A stretch of 64,000 nucleotides of DNA, taken from the NCBI GenBank assembly GCA_002306385.1, contig DBRV01000003.1:861-64860 (forward strand). The letters are read 5' to 3'. The DNA comes from Candidatus Falkowbacteria bacterium UBA1359 (GTDB taxonomy: Bacteria > Patescibacteriota > Patescibacteriia > Patescibacteriales > Patescibacteriaceae). Made by a program: the position numbers and the translations under genes. The notes under the pieces were generated by a model that saw only the letters and a list, made by a program, of their open reading frames with translations, searched no databases and was not told the origin of the DNA. Every line of letters starts with the position of its first letter. The stretch's first letter is position 1. Positions 27,736-36,966 of the stretch are shown one piece after another.

Positions 27736-27763
27736 AAATTTGCCAAAATATTTTGGCAAATTT
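27736..27763. repeat. Perfect 28-bp palindrome between pilin copies 2 and 3
   Basis: AAATTTGCCAAAAT|ATTTTGGCAAATTT. Confidence 0.9.
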
Positions 27764-27816
27764 TGCTTCAGCCTAATTACTAATTGTGCTGAGACAAAAT
27801 TTTTAAATGATTTCTC

Positions 27817-28212
27817 ATGGGCAAAAAATTAAGTATCATCAAAAATTCTTATAAATTATTCTGGATTTTCATTTTAGGGGTGGCCTTAATTCAAAATATT
27901 ATTATCCCCAATGCTAAGGCAGCCTCAAACTCTACTTTTGGCCTAGAGACAACGGCTAGCCATGCTGGTCTTGTAACGAATACTACCCTCCAGGCCAAGG
28001 TTGGACAAATAGTTGGGTCGGTTTTAGCTTTAATTGGAGTGCTTTTCTTTGTTCTAATGATCTATGGTGGTATCACCTGGATGACGGCTGGTGGTAATGA
28101 AACTACTGTCACCAACGCTAAAAAAACTATTACTGCTGCAATTATTGGACTAGTCATAGTAATTTCAGCCTATGCAATAACTCTTTTCTTGGGAGAAGGA
28201 TTGGCGGGATAA
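27817..28212 (+). CDS. TrbC/VirB2-type pilin-like protein, copy 3
   Basis: Signal peptide (AKA/A), YGGITWMTAGGNE core. Confidence 0.85.
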   Translation: MGKKLSIIKNSYKLFWIFILGVALIQNIIIPNAKAASNSTFGLETTASHAGLVTNTTLQAKVGQIVGSVLALIGVLFFVLMIYGGITWMTAGGNETTVTNAKKTITAAIIGLVIVISAYAITLFLGEGLAG

Positions 28213-28218
28213 TTTATT

Positions 28219-28626
28219 ATGAAAAAAAGAAAAAAATTTTTTGTATTAAGTGTTTTTACCCTCATCGTCTTCACACTCTACGTGCCTTTAAATTGTTATT
28301 CTAAAAATAATACTGCTAATGCTGCAGCAATTGATCTTTTCTCTAATAGTGCCAAGACAACTGCTAGTCAAATGGGTTATGACCCTCAAACTAACCAATT
28401 AACTATATTAAGTCAAATAAGTCTTATTGTTAATATTGTCTTTGGCCTAACTGGTGTCATCTTTTTTATCTTAATAATCTATGGCGGCATTCTGTGGATG
28501 ACTGCTGGCGGTAATGATGAACAAGTTAAAAAAGCACAAAATATTATTCAACGAGCCGCTATTGGACTTTTTATTGTGGTGCTGGCCTATGCTATTACTT
28601 ACTTCATTCTTAAACGAATTTTGTGA
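28219..28626 (+). CDS. TrbC/VirB2-type pilin-like protein, copy 4
   Basis: YGGILWMTAGGNDEQVKKAQNII core. Confidence 0.85.
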   Translation: MKKRKKFFVLSVFTLIVFTLYVPLNCYSKNNTANAAAIDLFSNSAKTTASQMGYDPQTNQLTILSQISLIVNIVFGLTGVIFFILIIYGGILWMTAGGNDEQVKKAQNIIQRAAIGLFIVVLAYAITYFILKRIL

Positions 28627-29072
28627 TAAAATCTCATTTCTTTAAAATAATCAATCAACGTGTGGTCATTATTATTATAACAATCATGACCATAATAATG
28701 CCCCTGCACTTTATAACGGCGCAAGGTATAAAGGATGCCTTCTCTGACAACACAATTAAAACGACAGGGAAAGCTGCTGGTTATGACACCACAAAAGACA
28801 GCGTTCTCCCTATAGTCGCTAATATTGTTAATATCGTCTATGGCTTAATTGGTGTTATCTTTTTTGTCTTAATAATCTATGCTGGCATTCTGTGGATGAC
28901 TGCTGGCGGTAATGATACACAAGTTAAAAAAGCACAAAACATTATTCAACGGTCAGCTATTGGACTTCTTATTGTTGTATTGGCCTATGCTATTACATAT
29001 TTTATCTTCAATGTCGTCTTTCGTGTCCATTATGTGCCATCAAACATTAGAGATTATTATATAACTACATAA
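28623..29072 (+). CDS. TrbC/VirB2-type pilin-like protein, copy 5
   Basis: YAGILWMTAGGNDTQVKKAQNII core. Confidence 0.85.
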   Translation: MIKSHFFKIINQRVVIIIITIMTIIMPLHFITAQGIKDAFSDNTIKTTGKAAGYDTTKDSVLPIVANIVNIVYGLIGVIFFVLIIYAGILWMTAGGNDTQVKKAQNIIQRSAIGLLIVVLAYAITYFIFNVVFRVHYVPSNIRDYYITT

Positions 29073-29077
29073 GAAAT

Positions 29078-29476
29078 ATGACTAAAAAAATATTTGCTAT
29101 AAGTGCTTGGACTATAATTATAGCCGGACAGCTATTATTTAGTGGCCACACAGTTAAAGCTCAATCAACAAGTTCGGTAATGGAACATCTGAGATTAGTG
29201 GCTGGGGGTAGTTATGACATCAATACCAACGAGGATACACTATTAAACAATATAGCCACTATAATACAAGTAGTCCTTGGCTTGCTGGGTACCATTTTTG
29301 TCATCTTAATGATTTATGCTGGCATTCTGTGGATGACCGCTGGCGGTAATGATACACAAGTTAAAAAAGCACAAAACATTATTCAACGAGCGGTTATTGG
29401 CCTGATTATTGTTGTCCTAGCCTATGCTATTACTTACTTCATATTTAAGGAACTCGGAGGATTAGGGCCAGCCTAA
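29078..29476 (+). CDS. TrbC/VirB2-type pilin-like protein, copy 6
   Basis: Signal peptide (VKA/Q), YAGILWMTAGGNDTQVKKAQNII core. Confidence 0.85.
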   Translation: MTKKIFAISAWTIIIAGQLLFSGHTVKAQSTSSVMEHLRLVAGGSYDINTNEDTLLNNIATIIQVVLGLLGTIFVILMIYAGILWMTAGGNDTQVKKAQNIIQRAVIGLIIVVLAYAITYFIFKELGGLGPA

Positions 29477-29505
29477 AATAAAACCCCGCTATTACTAGCG
29501 GGGAT
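29475..29505 (-). terminator. Intrinsic terminator between the convergent pilin array and lipoprotein gene
   Basis: CCCCGCTA-ttac-TAGCGGGG; T-tract on the minus strand. Confidence 0.75.
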
Positions 29506-29514
29506 AGACAGTGG

Positions 29515-30030
29515 TTATTTGTTAACAATAACCACCGCCTTTTGTCCGGCAGAAATCTGCCGGATTATTGTTGCCCGTTGGTTGTTTCCCCAGCCAACGG
29601 TAAAAACTAAGGTCCCCACAGGTACCCTAGCCTCAACGAGGCTGGCTTCCCCGGGGTTCAAAATTATTCCAGCGAATGGACCATCCAAAACGACGATCCG
29701 ATAATCACTAGCATTCACTAGTCTTGCCAAAGTGGTGCCGAAGATAGCTTGGCCCATTACCTGATTAGCTAAGTCAAGCCAGGCTTGACTAGTCTCGGGA
29801 GTTGTGGCTTCACGGGCCTTTTGCAAATAATAGGCCCGTAAATTTGTCCAGTCTTGGTCACCCCTCAACTGGATCCAATTCTCAGCAGGTAGGACGCCTT
29901 TCGCGTCAACAGCTAAAATCTGTTGACCGTTGGCGTCCAGCCCAACCTCCACTCTGGCCGTATTGCTGCTACAAGCAGCAATAACTAGAGCAATAATCAC
30001 TAGGGCGATAAAAAAGTATGGGCGTCTCAT
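29515..30030 (-). CDS. Orphan lipoprotein
   Basis: Signal peptide with lipobox IAA/C; visibly GC-richer than its neighbours; SD TAAGGAGGTG. Confidence 0.8.
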   Translation of the reverse strand: MRRPYFFIALVIIALVIAACSSNTARVEVGLDANGQQILAVDAKGVLPAENWIQLRGDQDWTNLRAYYLQKAREATTPETSQAWLDLANQVMGQAIFGTTLARLVNASDYRIVVLDGPFAGIILNPGEASLVEARVPVGTLVFTVGWGNNQRATIIRQISAGQKAVVIVNK

Positions 30031-30034
30031 TTAA

Positions 30035-30103
30035 CACCTCCTTATATTTTATGATTTTTAAGTACTATAATAGTAAAATAACACATAAAGTTAATTTTGT
30101 CAA
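30035..30103 (-). promoter_or_regulatory. sigma70 promoter, boxA-like element and SD (unit B)
   Basis: TTGACA (30103-30098), 17 nt, TGtTATTTT; AGTACTTAAAAA (30066-30055); TAAGGAGGTG (30044-30035). Confidence 0.6.
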
Positions 30104-30188
30104 TAATTGACAAAGCTGCAATTTCTGAGATAATTAACTTATGCTAGTTTAGATTAAACTAGCTTTTTTTATCACTATATCATTTTCT

Positions 30189-31514
30189 ATGTCTGAATTA
30201 ATGAATGCCATTAAACTTATCTGCGAGGAAAAAAACCTCAATTATGAAGCAGTTATTGAGGCTATTGAATCAGCCCTAGCTGCCGCTTATCGTAAAGACT
30301 ATGGCGACAAAAATCAAAACATTAAAGTTAAATTTAATGAGGATTTATCTAAGATCAAAGTCTATGATGTTAAAACGGTAGTAGAAGATATGCCTCTCCC
30401 AACCTTTAACGCTCCGCTAACCTTAAAGAGCTTACAAGAGTCAACAGTAACTATAGATCCAGAAGCAGCTAAAGAATTAACCACCATTCGTGAAGATCAA
30501 CCGCCGACAGAAATCCGTGACGAAAATGGTGAAATTATTAGAAAATTTAATCCTAAAACAGAAATTCAACTTAGCGAAGCTAGACTAATTAAACCGAATG
30601 CTAAAGTGGGCGATGAAATCATTACCGAGCTACCAGCTCATACTGAATATGGCCGTATGGCTGCCCAGACTGCTAAACAAGTAATCATCCAGAAATTACG
30701 AGAAGCTGAGCGCGATATGATTTATGAAGATTTTAAAGATAAAGAAAAAGAGGTAATTAGTGGAATTGTCCAGCGCCGTGAAGGCCATAATGTTTTAGTA
30801 GATGTAGGGAAAACTGTTGGCATTATTCCACCCCAGTACCAAATACCTAGCGAAAATTACCGCCCTAATAGCCGCATTAAAGTCTTTGTAGAAGAAGTTC
30901 GAGTAAGCAATCGAGGGCCAGAAATTATTTTGTCTAGAACAGCTGACGAAATTCTTAGTAAGGTTTTTTATCTCGAAATTCCAGAAATATCTAACGGTCT
31001 AGTAGATTTAAAGGCAGTCGCCCGAGAAGCTGGCAGTAGGTCTAAGGTAGCAGTAGCCGCTAACAGTGAGAATGTTGACCCTATTGGTTCTTGTGTTGGT
31101 CAACGAGGTTCGCGAATCCAAACTATAATTAATGAAGTTGGTGGTGAAAAAATTGACATTATTGAATACAGTGATGATCCCAGTAAATTCATTGCTAATG
31201 CTTTGGCCCCAGCAAAAATTGAACAAGTAGAGCTTGACTATGAGAATAAACAAGCAACAATTACTGTTGATCCAGAACAATTATCATTAGCCATTGGCCG
31301 AGATGGCCAAAATGTCCGCCTAGCCGCTAAGTTAACTGGCTGGCATTTAGATATCGTCAGTTCAGCGGATAAAACAAACAAAACTCCGACCAAAGAAACT
31401 AACAAGAAAGAAAAGACTAATAAAACTAAAGTCATTTCAAAGGAAAAAGCTAAAAAAGTGACTAAAAAAACCAGTACTTCTGCCTCTAAAACCAAAAAAA
31501 CTGCTAAGAAATAA
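30189..31514 (+). CDS. nusA: Transcription termination/antitermination factor NusA
   Basis: GRMAAQTAKQVIIQ, S1 and KH domains (REAGSRSKVAV, LAIGRDGQNVRLA); Lys-rich tail. Confidence 0.97.
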   Translation: MSELMNAIKLICEEKNLNYEAVIEAIESALAAAYRKDYGDKNQNIKVKFNEDLSKIKVYDVKTVVEDMPLPTFNAPLTLKSLQESTVTIDPEAAKELTTIREDQPPTEIRDENGEIIRKFNPKTEIQLSEARLIKPNAKVGDEIITELPAHTEYGRMAAQTAKQVIIQKLREAERDMIYEDFKDKEKEVISGIVQRREGHNVLVDVGKTVGIIPPQYQIPSENYRPNSRIKVFVEEVRVSNRGPEIILSRTADEILSKVFYLEIPEISNGLVDLKAVAREAGSRSKVAVAANSENVDPIGSCVGQRGSRIQTIINEVGGEKIDIIEYSDDPSKFIANALAPAKIEQVELDYENKQATITVDPEQLSLAIGRDGQNVRLAAKLTGWHLDIVSSADKTNKTPTKETNKKEKTNKTKVISKEKAKKVTKKTSTSASKTKKTAKK

Positions 31515-31523
31515 ACAAAATTT

Positions 31524-32558
31524 ATGCTTTTCTTCCGCTATGGTGAAGAAAGTTTTCAGATTCAGCGGGATTATAAACAGCAACTAAGAGAATTAGATTC
31601 TAATACTGTTGCCAGCCTGCAGTCTTTTAATATACCCGAAACAGATTGGTTAGAACTTAATAACAGTCTTAACAATCCATCACTTTTCCAGTCTACTAAG
31701 ATTATTACTCTTAATAATTTATTGAGTGGCAAAAATTCAATAGTAGAAAATGGATTAATTAATGAATTAAAAAAAGAAACAACAATTATTGAGTCGCCAT
31801 CTATCTATTTGTTTATTAATGACTATAATCTAGGAATGAAATATCTGGCGGGAAAACAACGGCCGGTAATCCTAGGAGGTGATGGGCGAACGAAACCACT
31901 TAATAAAAATGAGCAAGAATTATTTTTACTTCTTACTCAGAAGGCTAAATTAGTAAAATATTATCCAAAACTAAAAGGACTGGGTGCAGAAAAATTCTTA
32001 GAGCAGCTTATTAAAGAAAGAAATATAGAGCTTACTCCAGCTGCTAAAAAATTATTATTAGAACTAACTGGTGGTAATTTCTGGCAGATTTATCACGAGC
32101 TTAATAAATTAGCCAACTATATTGCTGGTAGTGACCACAAAGAAATCGCTAATGCCGATGATGTTAATCTTTTAGTAAATAACACCACCAAACATTTATT
32201 TGAATTTATAGAGGCCTTTTGTAACCAAAAATTAGCCCAGACAACCAAATTAACTGAAGAGATTTTTAACGATGAAGATGGTATTGCCACTTTCTTAGCC
32301 CTACTTAATCGACAAGTACTCCAATTTTTAGACATCAAAACCCGCCTAGAGGCAGGACAATCTTTAATAGAAATTGAAAAATCACTTAACCTACCAAAAA
32401 GTGTGAGTCAAAAATTAATTAATCAAGCCTCAAAACTAAAAAGAGACAGTTTAATTCAATTATTAGACAATTTAACAAAATTTAATTGGTCAACTAAACA
32501 AAGCCATGGGAATGAGGCGGCTCTTTTTACTCTTCTTACTATAGCTCATGCTAGATAA
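31524..32558 (+). CDS. holA: DNA polymerase III delta subunit (divergent)
   Basis: YGEESF N-terminus, LTGGNFWQIYHELNKLANY, LFEFIEA. Confidence 0.8.
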   Translation: MLFFRYGEESFQIQRDYKQQLRELDSNTVASLQSFNIPETDWLELNNSLNNPSLFQSTKIITLNNLLSGKNSIVENGLINELKKETTIIESPSIYLFINDYNLGMKYLAGKQRPVILGGDGRTKPLNKNEQELFLLLTQKAKLVKYYPKLKGLGAEKFLEQLIKERNIELTPAAKKLLLELTGGNFWQIYHELNKLANYIAGSDHKEIANADDVNLLVNNTTKHLFEFIEAFCNQKLAQTTKLTEEIFNDEDGIATFLALLNRQVLQFLDIKTRLEAGQSLIEIEKSLNLPKSVSQKLINQASKLKRDSLIQLLDNLTKFNWSTKQSHGNEAALFTLLTIAHAR

Positions 32559-33695
32559 TTATTTACGAAGGGGGACTACAATATATTGATATTCATTACT
32601 ACCGGGTAGAGTTATTTCACATGCACTAATACCATCAATTATTTTGAATAAAACCTGATTAACCGGAAGAATATTAAGGCAATCTAATAAATAGCGATAA
32701 TTTAAGCGGATAGAGTTATCTTTACCATTTATTTGGGCAGCTAATTTTGCCTGATGGCTTCCAATTTGTCCTGACACAGCTTCAATTATTATTTCTTGCT
32801 GATCAGCATTAATAGTCAAATCAACGGCATTAGAATTGGCGCTAAAAATGGAGGCCATTTTTATGGCTCTTAAAAATTCTCCTCGGTCAATAGTTATTTC
32901 AGTTTTAAAATCAGTAGGAATAACTTGAATATAATCAGGATAATGTCCTTCAATTAAACGGGACACTATCTCTATTCCTTGATAAACAAATAAGACTTGA
33001 TTGTCAGCGATATGTATCTGTATTTGATCACTATCTTCAGTTAATTCATCGTTGGAAAAATTAATAATTCTTGCTAATTCCTGCATGGTCTTAAAAGGAA
33101 CAATAATTTTAAGTCCTTCTGAATCTAGAGTGCCAAAATCTAGATGAAAATTAATTTCTTTTTTAGCTAAACGGAAACTATCTGTAGATACTAGATTGAT
33201 ATATTTATTATTAATATCGAATAAAACCCCAGTTAATTCTAGCCGATTATCAGTAGGATTAATGGCAAATAAAAGTTGATTAAGGGCCAACTTTAAATCA
33301 GAAACAGCTAAAGTGAGACTGATTTTTTTATCAATTTGAGGAATTACTGGAAAATCTTCAGCATTTTGTCCTTTTATAATAGTATTGTATTTTTTACAAT
33401 TAATTTTTAAATCTTGTTTATTTATTAATTGAATATCAATTTTTTCGTTAGGCAAAAGAGCAATATAATCACTAAAAATTTTAGCATCTATAGCAATTGC
33501 TCCCTCTTTATTAACTTTACCTCTAATTTGCTTAGTGATGCCTATTTCTAAGTTAGTAGCTGCTAAAGTAATAATGTTATCTTTTGCTTTAATTAAAATA
33601 TTATTTAAAATAGGCATACTAAGATTTTTTTCGGCAATATGGCTAACAATGGTTAATCCTTGATGTAAATTTTTTTGAAGAATAGTTAATTGCAT
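32559..33695 (-). CDS. dnaN: DNA polymerase III beta clamp
   Basis: PILNNILI, ATNLEI, STDSFRLA, SRLIEGHYPDY, C-terminal VPLR; directly downstream of dnaA. Confidence 0.97.
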   Translation of the reverse strand: MQLTILQKNLHQGLTIVSHIAEKNLSMPILNNILIKAKDNIITLAATNLEIGITKQIRGKVNKEGAIAIDAKIFSDYIALLPNEKIDIQLINKQDLKINCKKYNTIIKGQNAEDFPVIPQIDKKISLTLAVSDLKLALNQLLFAINPTDNRLELTGVLFDINNKYINLVSTDSFRLAKKEINFHLDFGTLDSEGLKIIVPFKTMQELARIINFSNDELTEDSDQIQIHIADNQVLFVYQGIEIVSRLIEGHYPDYIQVIPTDFKTEITIDRGEFLRAIKMASIFSANSNAVDLTINADQQEIIIEAVSGQIGSHQAKLAAQINGKDNSIRLNYRYLLDCLNILPVNQVLFKIIDGISACEITLPGSNEYQYIVVPLRK

Positions 33696-33896
33696 AATAA
33701 TTATTTTAATATAGATTATATTATTAATAATAGCTGGAAAAAAGTTGATAAGTCTTTTTTACGTATAATATTAGTTAAAAATATTAGTATTTGAATTGTG
33801 GATAAAGAGAGAAATTATTGTTAATAACAAGTATATAAATTAATTAAAAATTTTTAGTCAGTGGATAAATAAAAGTTATAAACTATTTAATCACAA
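33696..33896. other. Replication origin oriC (dnaA-dnaN intergenic part)
   Basis: Perfect DnaA box TGTGGATAA (33797-33805), near-matches at 33743-33751, 33819-33827 and 33860-33868, a very AT-rich stretch, and a composition-skew switch nearby. Confidence 0.85.
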
Positions 33897-35282
33897 TTAA
33901 TACACCGAAGTAATTGATTGAGATATTTGTTCAATATCTTGTCTAATTTTAGAATTATTTTGAATATCTCGCTCAATTTTCGCACAAGCATGCATCGCAG
34001 TAGTATGGTCTCGTCCACCTAATTCTTGACCAATAAAAGGGAAAGAAGCATCCATTCTGGTTCTTAATAAATACATAGCTATTTGTCTGGGGATAACCAA
34101 TTCTTTTTTACGGCTACTGCCGGTAAGTTCAGATAAATTTAGGTTATAAAAATTAGCCACCGCTTCTAATATTTTTTGGGGAGTAGATAGATTATTAGCT
34201 TGAATGGAAATAAAAAAATCTTTTAGTACTTGCTTGGCGATAGATAAATCTGGTTCACAATTATGGAATTGGCAGAAACCAATAATTCTATTAAGTGCTC
34301 CCTCTAGTTCACGAATATTATTACTAATATTCGTGGCAATGTATTGAATAATTGATTGGTCTAAGGGAAAGTTTTTCTGTTGGCATTTAGAATTTAAGAT
34401 AGCCATTCTGGTTTCTAAATCAGGTTGCCCAATATCAGCAACCATACCCCATTCAAAACGCGTAATAAGACGAGCCTCTACAGCTTTCATATTTCTCGGT
34501 GAACGGTCAGAAGTAATAACTATTTGTTTATTGGCTCGGTGGAGCTGATCAAAAGTATAAAAAAATTCTTGTTGGGTACCATCTTTGCCAGCCATAAATT
34601 GTATGTCGTCAACTAGTAATAAGTCTACATTTCTGTAGACACTCTTAAAAGTATTACCCTGTCCATGATAGACGGCATCAACATAATCATTAGTAAATTT
34701 TTCTGAGGTAACATATAGGACTTTTTTACCAGATTTGAGTACTTCATGACCAATAGCTTGGAGAAGGTGAGTTTTACCTAAACCGACGCCACCATAGATA
34801 AAAAGAGGGTTATATGTTTCTCCGGGTTGGCGGATAGCTGCCCATGAAGCGGCATGAGCTAATTCATTATGTTTACCTACGATAAAGGTTTCAAAAGTAT
34901 ATTTAGGATTAAGACCAGCTGCCAGGCAAAGTGATTCATCTTTTGAGGGGTTAGTTTTATAGGCCTTATTCTCTTTTTCTTCAGGAGGGTCAGGAGCAAG
35001 AAAATTGCTTTTAGCTTCCTTGGGCTTAGTTTTGATAATATATTTTATCCCTTTAAGCTTATTACCGGTAACTTTATAAAAAGTTTTAGTAATATCTTTG
35101 GAAAATTTATTTTCAAACCAAGCCTGAGTGAAGGCATTAGGAACACCAATAGTTAAAATGTCATCTTGATAATCAAAAATAAAAGAATTCTTAAACCAGG
35201 TGGTAAAACTGGCTTTAGACATGTTCAGTTCAGCTTCACTAAGGATAGCTTGCCAAATTTGTTCTAGGGAGGAGTGATCCAT
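33897..35282 (-). CDS. dnaA: Chromosomal replication initiator DnaA
   Basis: YNPLFIYGGVGLGKTHL, LLVDDIQF, NIRELEGAL, GGRDHTT. Confidence 0.99.
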   Translation of the reverse strand: MDHSSLEQIWQAILSEAELNMSKASFTTWFKNSFIFDYQDDILTIGVPNAFTQAWFENKFSKDITKTFYKVTGNKLKGIKYIIKTKPKEAKSNFLAPDPPEEKENKAYKTNPSKDESLCLAAGLNPKYTFETFIVGKHNELAHAASWAAIRQPGETYNPLFIYGGVGLGKTHLLQAIGHEVLKSGKKVLYVTSEKFTNDYVDAVYHGQGNTFKSVYRNVDLLLVDDIQFMAGKDGTQQEFFYTFDQLHRANKQIVITSDRSPRNMKAVEARLITRFEWGMVADIGQPDLETRMAILNSKCQQKNFPLDQSIIQYIATNISNNIRELEGALNRIIGFCQFHNCEPDLSIAKQVLKDFFISIQANNLSTPQKILEAVANFYNLNLSELTGSSRKKELVIPRQIAMYLLRTRMDASFPFIGQELGGRDHTTAMHACAKIERDIQNNSKIRQDIEQISQSITSVY

Positions 35283-35343
35283 AGATGGGGGCTTATTTTG
35301 ATTTTATTATAACAGGCTTATTTTTTTCGGCAACCCATTAAAA

Positions 35344-35375
35344 AGTTGATAACTTTGTTGATAAAATGTGGATAA
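35344..35375. promoter_or_regulatory. DnaA box cluster upstream of dnaA
   Basis: AGTTGATAA (35344-35352), TGTTGATAA (35356-35364), perfect TGTGGATAA (35367-35375), all co-oriented. Confidence 0.85.
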
Positions 35376-35467
35376 TAAAATCATTATAAGTATTGACCAA
35401 GGTTTAATAAACTGATATGCTCTTGCTAGACTATATCACTAAAGGAGTCTTTTTAACTTTTGATAAT

Positions 35468-35605
35468 ATGCCGAAACGAACTTATCAACCTAATAATTTA
35501 CGAGCTAAGAAGAAGCATGGTTTTTTAGAAAGAATGATGACTAAAAGTGGTCGTAGTGTTTTACGTCGCCGCCGTAATAAGGGGCGCCAGAGATTAACCA
35601 AATAG
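35468..35605 (+). CDS. rpmH: 50S ribosomal protein L34
   Basis: [23 protein letters not shown]...RRRRNKGR; start corrected to 35468. Confidence 0.97.
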   Translation: MPKRTYQPNNLRAKKKHGFLERMMTKSGRSVLRRRRNKGRQRLTK

Positions 35606-35625
35606 TTCTTGGTTAATCTTGTTCT

Positions 35626-35970
35626 ATGCTTAAAAAACAAAATCGTTTAACCAAGAAGAAAGATTTTGACCGTCTTTTTAGATCAGCCGAGGCTAAATAT
35701 TATGGTAAATTGTTGGGTGTTAGAATAGTGGCTAATGGATTAGATTATAATCGCTTTGGCTTTGTCGTTAGTCGTCGTTACTGTCATTTAGCCGTAGAAC
35801 GTAATTTAATTAGGCGTCGTTTAGCAACCATAGTAGAAGAAAATTTATCCAAGATGGTTGGAGGCCACGATATTGTGATTGTTGTTATTGCTCCCTGGCC
35901 CCTTTTAAAGTTTATTGACTTAAGACAAGAGTTAATTAATGCTTGGAAAAAACTAAAATTAATAGTATGA
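35626..35970 (+). CDS. rnpA: Ribonuclease P protein component
   Basis: [27 protein letters not shown]; canonical synteny. Confidence 0.95.
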   Translation: MLKKQNRLTKKKDFDRLFRSAEAKYYGKLLGVRIVANGLDYNRFGFVVSRRYCHLAVERNLIRRRLATIVEENLSKMVGGHDIVIVVIAPWPLLKFIDLRQELINAWKKLKLIV

Positions 35971-36233
35971 TAAGGGTTATTAAGTTCTTAGAGCAAATTG
36001 TAATCAATTTAATAATTGCTATTATTTCAGGGTATCAAAAAACCTTGTCACCAGATCATGGTTGGTTTAAAAAGTATTTTCCTTATGGCTGTTGTCGTTT
36101 TCGGCCAACCTGTTCAGAATATGCCCAGGCGGCCCTAAAAAAATACGGCTTAATCAAGGGAAGTCTAATATCTATTAATCGCATCTTACATTGTCATCCC
36201 TGGTCCTCGGGTGGTTGGGATCCAGTTCGCTAA
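35967..36233 (+). CDS. yidD: Membrane protein insertion efficiency factor YidD
   Basis: [26 protein letters not shown]. Confidence 0.95.
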   Translation: MIRVIKFLEQIVINLIIAIISGYQKTLSPDHGWFKKYFPYGCCRFRPTCSEYAQAALKKYGLIKGSLISINRILHCHPWSSGGWDPVR

Positions 36234-36238
36234 TTTTT

Positions 36239-36958
36239 ATGAAGCATTTATTTACTATTCTTTTTTATCAGCCAGTACTCAATCTTCTGGTTTGGTTTTA
36301 TAATATTTTGCCTGGTCATGACATGGGAGTAGTTATTATTGCTCTAACAATCCTGGTTAAGTTAATTTTGTGGCCACTTTCTCAGAAGTCGTTAAAGTCG
36401 CAACAGGCCATTAATCGTCTTCAGCCAAAAATTAAAGAAATTCAAAATAAATATAAAAATGACAAGGAAAAACAGGGTCAGGCCCTAATGGATCTTTATC
36501 GTCAAGAAAAGGTTAACCCCGCCTCTTCTTGTTTGCCCCTTTTAATTCAGTTGCCACTATTATGGGCGGTGTTTATGGTTTTTCGTGATGGTCTTTCTAA
36601 CCAGTCGCTATCATTGGTCTATCCATTTATTAGTAGACCAGAATTGTTAAAAACTACATTTTTTGGTATAATAGATTTAGCTAAACCAAATGAAATTTTG
36701 GCAGTAGCTACAGGATTAGTTCAATTTTTTCAGAGTAAAATTTCGGCTCATTATACTATGCCTGCTAATACTGGTAATGGCCGGGCAGATAATCTTACGG
36801 CAATGATGAGCAAGCAGATGATATTTATGATGCCCATTATGACAGTTATAATCTGTTGGACTCTACCGAGTGGTTTAGCAATGTATTGGTTGTTTTCTAG
36901 TCTCTTTACAATTTTTCAGCAGCTTTATTGGTTTAAAAAGACTCCTAAGTCAAATTAA
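36239..36958 (+). CDS. yidC: YidC/Oxa1 membrane protein insertase (short form)
   Basis: LQPKIKEIQNKYK, NPASSCLPLLIQLP, PSGLAMYW. Confidence 0.95.
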   Translation: MKHLFTILFYQPVLNLLVWFYNILPGHDMGVVIIALTILVKLILWPLSQKSLKSQQAINRLQPKIKEIQNKYKNDKEKQGQALMDLYRQEKVNPASSCLPLLIQLPLLWAVFMVFRDGLSNQSLSLVYPFISRPELLKTTFFGIIDLAKPNEILAVATGLVQFFQSKISAHYTMPANTGNGRADNLTAMMSKQMIFMMPIMTVIICWTLPSGLAMYWLFSSLFTIFQQLYWFKKTPKSN

Positions 36959-36966
36959 ATATTTCT

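Noticed and set aside
26890..29476. Pilin repeats as DGR template/variable repeats
   Set aside because: Differences between copies are not adenine-specific, all copies are coding, and no reverse transcriptase is present in the window.
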